This document shows positions 60,589 through 64,000 of a stretch of DNA of 64,000 bases, one piece after another. Within the stretch, counting starts at the first letter, position 1, and each line of letters opens with the position of its first letter. The position numbers and the translations under genes were made by a program. Source of the DNA: an uncultured delta proteobacterium (GTDB lineage: Bacteria > Desulfobacterota > Binatia > UBA9968); assembly GCA_963771465.1 (NCBI GenBank), contig CAVYTU010000015.1:256001-320000 (forward strand). Direction: 5' to 3'. The notes under the pieces were generated by a model that was not told where the DNA came from, did not search any database, and saw only the letters and a program-made list of their open reading frames with translations.

Positions 60589-60994
60589 AGGACGGGTTTG
60601 ATGAATGATCTACGGCACATGCTGCCAACCATCAAAAGACGAACCAAATAGTTTTGACATGTTCGGCGCCTTTCGCACTGGATAAGCGCAATCCGGCCAA
60701 TCGTGCAAAAGCGCCAAGGATCGCCGAAGTCGCTGATTTTTAGTCCGCTTGGCACCTTGGCATGGCAATAATTCTTAGACTCCTCAGTTCAACCTTTAGA
60801 ATCAGACGATCAATCGATTTGGCAGAGTACAACATCGTCGAGCCGCCCGTTCCACGGTATCCAGGCTGGCGGAAAAATCAACCTATCGAACAGAATCTGG
60901 AACCGATCAAAGAATAGCCGATAGATTTACCGAACCCGGCCGCGGTTAGCGGCCGCTCTACCGCGCCACGTGGGAGGCGCGCGCGTTGAACGCT

Positions 60995-61753
60995 TTACGC
61001 GTGTGGTCGTTCGAGCAACTCGTGGTAGCAATCCGTTGCGGCGTCGGTTGCGCCGTGAAAAATCATCGAGCCGTGATCGAGGACGCAGGCGCGGTCGCAG
61101 ATAAGTTTGACCAAGCCAGGTTCGTGGGAAACGACAATGATGGTTTTTCCCACGGCGCGGAAACTTTGCATTTGTTTCAAGCATTTCTCGCGAAATTCTT
61201 TGTCACCAACCGCGAGAACTTCGTCCACCAGAAGCACATCGGGATTGAGATTGACCGCCAACGCGAAACCCAGCCGCGCCTGCATGCCGGAGGAATAGTT
61301 CTTAACCGCCGTGTCCATGAATTCTTCCAACTCCGAGAACTCGACGATGGCGGGATACACAGCCTCGATTTCCTTGCGGCGAAGCCCGTGGATCGAAGCG
61401 CCCAAAAAGACATTTTCTCGCCCGGTGAGCTCGGGATGAAAGCCCACGCCGAGCTCGATCATGGCGCCGACGCGGGTATCTTTGGGCATGCGAACATCGC
61501 CCGACGAAGGCGGATAAATTCCCGCGATGACTCTCAAGAGCGTGCTCTTACCGGAGCCGTTACGGCCGATGATACCGAAGAATTCACCGGACTGGATCGT
61601 CAAGTTGATATCACGCAGGGCCCAAAACGTTTCCACGCGCTCCTGATAGCGCGTGTGAAAGATTCCAACGAAAGACGATTTGATCGAATTGGAGCGATTG
61701 TGGCGAATCGAAAACGCCTTGGATACATTGACGATATCGATAAGTCCTGCCAT
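60995..61753 (-). CDS. wzt: Polysaccharide ABC transporter ATP-binding protein Wzt
   Basis: FWALRDI, GRNGSGKSTLL, ELTGREN, YSSGMQARL and DEVLAVGD motifs. Confidence 0.93.
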   Translation of the reverse strand: MAGLIDIVNVSKAFSIRHNRSNSIKSSFVGIFHTRYQERVETFWALRDINLTIQSGEFFGIIGRNGSGKSTLLRVIAGIYPPSSGDVRMPKDTRVGAMIELGVGFHPELTGRENVFLGASIHGLRRKEIEAVYPAIVEFSELEEFMDTAVKNYSSGMQARLGFALAVNLNPDVLLVDEVLAVGDKEFREKCLKQMQSFRAVGKTIIVVSHEPGLVKLICDRACVLDHGSMIFHGATDAATDCYHELLERPHA

Positions 61754-61757
61754 GTCC

Positions 61758-62525
61758 TCAAACCACTTCGGCAAACCGAGCTTTATAGCGAAGATGTACG
61801 CGGTAGCCGATCATGAACGACGATGCCGCCAAAACTATTAAGATCGCGACTCGAGAATATTCCGGCGCCACTTGACGGAAAATAACGTCCTGGTAACTTA
61901 GAATAAAGTAGGACTGCGGATTCAAGTAAATGACCGACAGCAAAGATTGTGGAACATTGCCAATATCGTAGATAATCGGCGTGAGCCAGAATAACTGCAT
62001 CAGGGCGATCTCGACAAAATGGCGCACGTCTCGATAAAACACCGTTGCCGTCGAAATCATGAAGCTCAAGCCTACGATAAAGAGCGTGTGCAAGATCAGC
62101 ACGGGAAAAAACCACAACGTTACCCATGCCATCGGCACCTGAAAAAATAACAAGGACATGGGCACGAAAACCACTAAAGCCAGAGCAAATTGCGCCAAGT
62201 TGAAGAGTACGGTTGCCACGGGAAACACCTCCATCGGCATGGCAACCTTGCGAATGAGTCCGCCATTTTCTAGAATCGAGCCGGTCGACATCATGACCGA
62301 CTGAGCGAAAAAATTCCAAGGCAAAATGCCAATCAACAAGAAATATGTGAAGTTCGGTATGCCGCCCTTCAGAATGTGATTGAAAACGAAGGTGTAAACG
62401 ATAATCAACAACAATGGATTCGCCAGCGACCAGAGGAACCCGATCGTCGAATCTCGATACTTAATCTTAAGATCCTTGACCACTAAGTTGCGAATCAGGT
62501 CACGGTACTGAAATAGCGATTCCAT
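61758..62525 (-). CDS. wzm: Polysaccharide ABC transporter permease Wzm
   Basis: KDLKIKYRDS.IGFLWS..NP, YRDV, TPIIY and LNP motifs. Confidence 0.93.
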   Translation of the reverse strand: MESLFQYRDLIRNLVVKDLKIKYRDSTIGFLWSLANPLLLIIVYTFVFNHILKGGIPNFTYFLLIGILPWNFFAQSVMMSTGSILENGGLIRKVAMPMEVFPVATVLFNLAQFALALVVFVPMSLLFFQVPMAWVTLWFFPVLILHTLFIVGLSFMISTATVFYRDVRHFVEIALMQLFWLTPIIYDIGNVPQSLLSVIYLNPQSYFILSYQDVIFRQVAPEYSRVAILIVLAASSFMIGYRVHLRYKARFAEVV

Positions 62526-62685
62526 GGGACGGTAGAGGGTCGATCCTGATTTCGCGCGCGGAAACTTGGGTGCATTCAGAAAGACGGTACTAACTACTTA
62601 GCAAATCTATTACGGTTTGTCATCTCCGACGCATGCTGACGTAGATCGAGTCAAAGCAATCTGCATTACGGAATTTACAAAATAG

Positions 62686-63606
62686 TTGGAGGAAACGAAA
62701 ATTCGGCTCACGATTATCATCCCGACTAAGAATCGCGCCAAAATTATCGACGAGCTGCTTGGAAGTCTCCGACGTCTTGATGGCTTGAATCGTATCCGTC
62801 CTGAGATCATCGTCGCCGACAATGACTCTACTGATGATACCTATAATTTTGTTGCCGCGGTCGCAACCAATTTTCCGGCGGCAATCCAAGTGATAAAGGT
62901 TGCCAAACCGGGAAAATCTGCCGCCATCAACGCTGCGGCCAAGTTGGCGCGCGGTGAGGTCTTGGCATTTTTGGACGACGACGTCGTCGTCGACAACACT
63001 TGGCTCACGGCGGTGGATACTTTTTATCGCGAAGGCAAATTTGAGGCCGGACAGGGTTTGATCCGGCTGCAAGCCCCGGAGCGGGACGATCCGGAAATTG
63101 TCAAATTGGTTCAACGCTACCGCACGATTCCAAGTCTCGAACACAAGCCGGACGTAAAGCCTCTTCATTCCTTGAACGGCGCCAACTTTTTCGTCTCACG
63201 TAACGCGTACGAGCGGGTTCGTGGCTTCGACGAACGCCTCGGCCCCGGCGCATCGGGCACATCCGAGGACGTCGACTTTGCGCGCCGCCTTACCCGCTCA
63301 GGCATCGCCATCGGCTATGCGCCTAGAGCGATTGTTTATCATCGGGTCGACCGCCATCGGTTGACCGAGGAATACTTCAAGCAATTTCACTGGCGCCAAG
63401 GCGGCAGCCGATTCCTGATTCAAAGGCGTGGCGCGGCGGCGATACTGTGCGATCTCACGCGCGTCGGCATCCAATATGTTTTTTACACGCTGATAGGAAA
63501 AGAGCGAAACCGCTACCGTAGCAAAGGCCGCATCTATCACTACCTTGGCATGATCGCCGCCAAACGAAACGGCAGCGCCAATCTCTCATCCCATGAGCTA
63601 CTTTGA
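62686..63606 (+). CDS. Glycosyltransferase family 2
   Basis: IIIPTKNR, DNDSTD, FLDDD, GAN, GFDERLG and EDVD motifs. Confidence 0.9.
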   Translation: MEETKIRLTIIIPTKNRAKIIDELLGSLRRLDGLNRIRPEIIVADNDSTDDTYNFVAAVATNFPAAIQVIKVAKPGKSAAINAAAKLARGEVLAFLDDDVVVDNTWLTAVDTFYREGKFEAGQGLIRLQAPERDDPEIVKLVQRYRTIPSLEHKPDVKPLHSLNGANFFVSRNAYERVRGFDERLGPGASGTSEDVDFARRLTRSGIAIGYAPRAIVYHRVDRHRLTEEYFKQFHWRQGGSRFLIQRRGAAAILCDLTRVGIQYVFYTLIGKERNRYRSKGRIYHYLGMIAAKRNGSANLSSHELL

Positions 63607-63607
63607 A

Positions 63608-63729
63608 CCCGGATTCCGCAGTGGAGATATCCGCGGGAGACCAGATCCTAGAGTGAAGACGCCAATCGGTGCAGTTACAAATCATTTTACCGGGCAACGA
63701 GGGTTCGCTCGCTGGATGCGGAATCCGGG
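63608..63729. mobile_element. 122-bp MITE, IS1380-like ends
   Basis: Perfect 13-bp TIR CCCGGATTCCGCA / TGCGGAATCCGGG flanked by a TTGAA direct repeat (63603-63607 and 63730-63734). Confidence 0.75.
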
Positions 63730-63741
63730 TTGAACGGCGGG

Positions 63742-64000
63742 TTATTTGAGTGAGCTCTTAGACGAGCCCAGCCCAAGTAGGTTGAAGTCGAAACGGAAAC
63801 TGGTTTTGGCCGGATTGATGTCACGTTTCAATCCTAGGGTCATCGACCAACACTCACAGGAAGACAAGATTTTAGTAGCGGTGCGAAATCCAATGAATTT
63901 ACTGTTGAGCGCGTCGTAGGTGGAGCTCGCGGTGAATAGCAAGTTATCGGTCAAGTGATAGAAAAGTGTGTTGTTTAAACTCCCGCCAACATTGCGGTTA
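63742..64000 (-). CDS. lptD: C-terminal end of LPS-assembly protein LptD (5' end outside window)
   Basis: Amphipathic beta-strands ending CECWSMTL...P...FRFDFNLLGLG, typical of LptD C-termini. Confidence 0.65.
   Translation of the reverse strand, partial: NRNVGGSLNNTLFYHLTDNLLFTASSTYDALNSKFIGFRTATKILSSCECWSMTLGLKRDINPAKTSFRFDFNLLGLGSSKSSLK

Noticed and set aside
60749-60770. Sigma54 promoter-like TGGCAC sequence
   Set aside because: GG-to-GC spacing does not fit -24/-12 and it faces no plausible gene

Overview
Bacterial chromosomal window. The gene content (many stand-alone solute-binding proteins, a DDN-family F420 reductase, an amidohydrolase, a MmgE/PrpD protein) suggests a Deltaproteobacteria-like lineage such as Candidatus Binatia; this is inference only. 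Four blocks are visible. (1) 1-8.9 kb: catabolic and uptake genes, including three orphan SBPs and two paralogous bicupins. (2) 9.2-19.2 kb, minus strand: a coupled gene string coxD/coxE-like, split xdhC, archaeal-type CTP-dependent riboflavin kinase, ubiX, fni, two flavin-binding split-barrel proteins (one PhdC-like) and macAB. It reads as a self-contained prenylated-FMN supply pathway joined to molybdo-hydroxylase maturation factors, with no client enzyme in the window. (3) 19.6-37.4 kb, minus strand: SPOR lipoprotein, GT4, wcaJ, waaL-like ligase and a cupin, followed by a T2SS (gspEFGHIJKLMC-D). The secretin appears naturally split inside its N3 domain into two separately exported polypeptides, the second carrying a C-terminal SPOR domain. 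(4) 37.5-64 kb: a visibly AT-richer, partly decayed Wzm/Wzt-dependent surface-polysaccharide locus. It contains a GT2/coiled-coil/GT4 fusion with 84-bp repeats, a viosamine-type cassette, two secreted enzymes sharing a near-identical DUF4214 tail, a 122-bp MITE and the 3' end of lptD. Several single-base frameshifts may be assembly errors. No rRNA, tRNA or CRISPR array was recognised.
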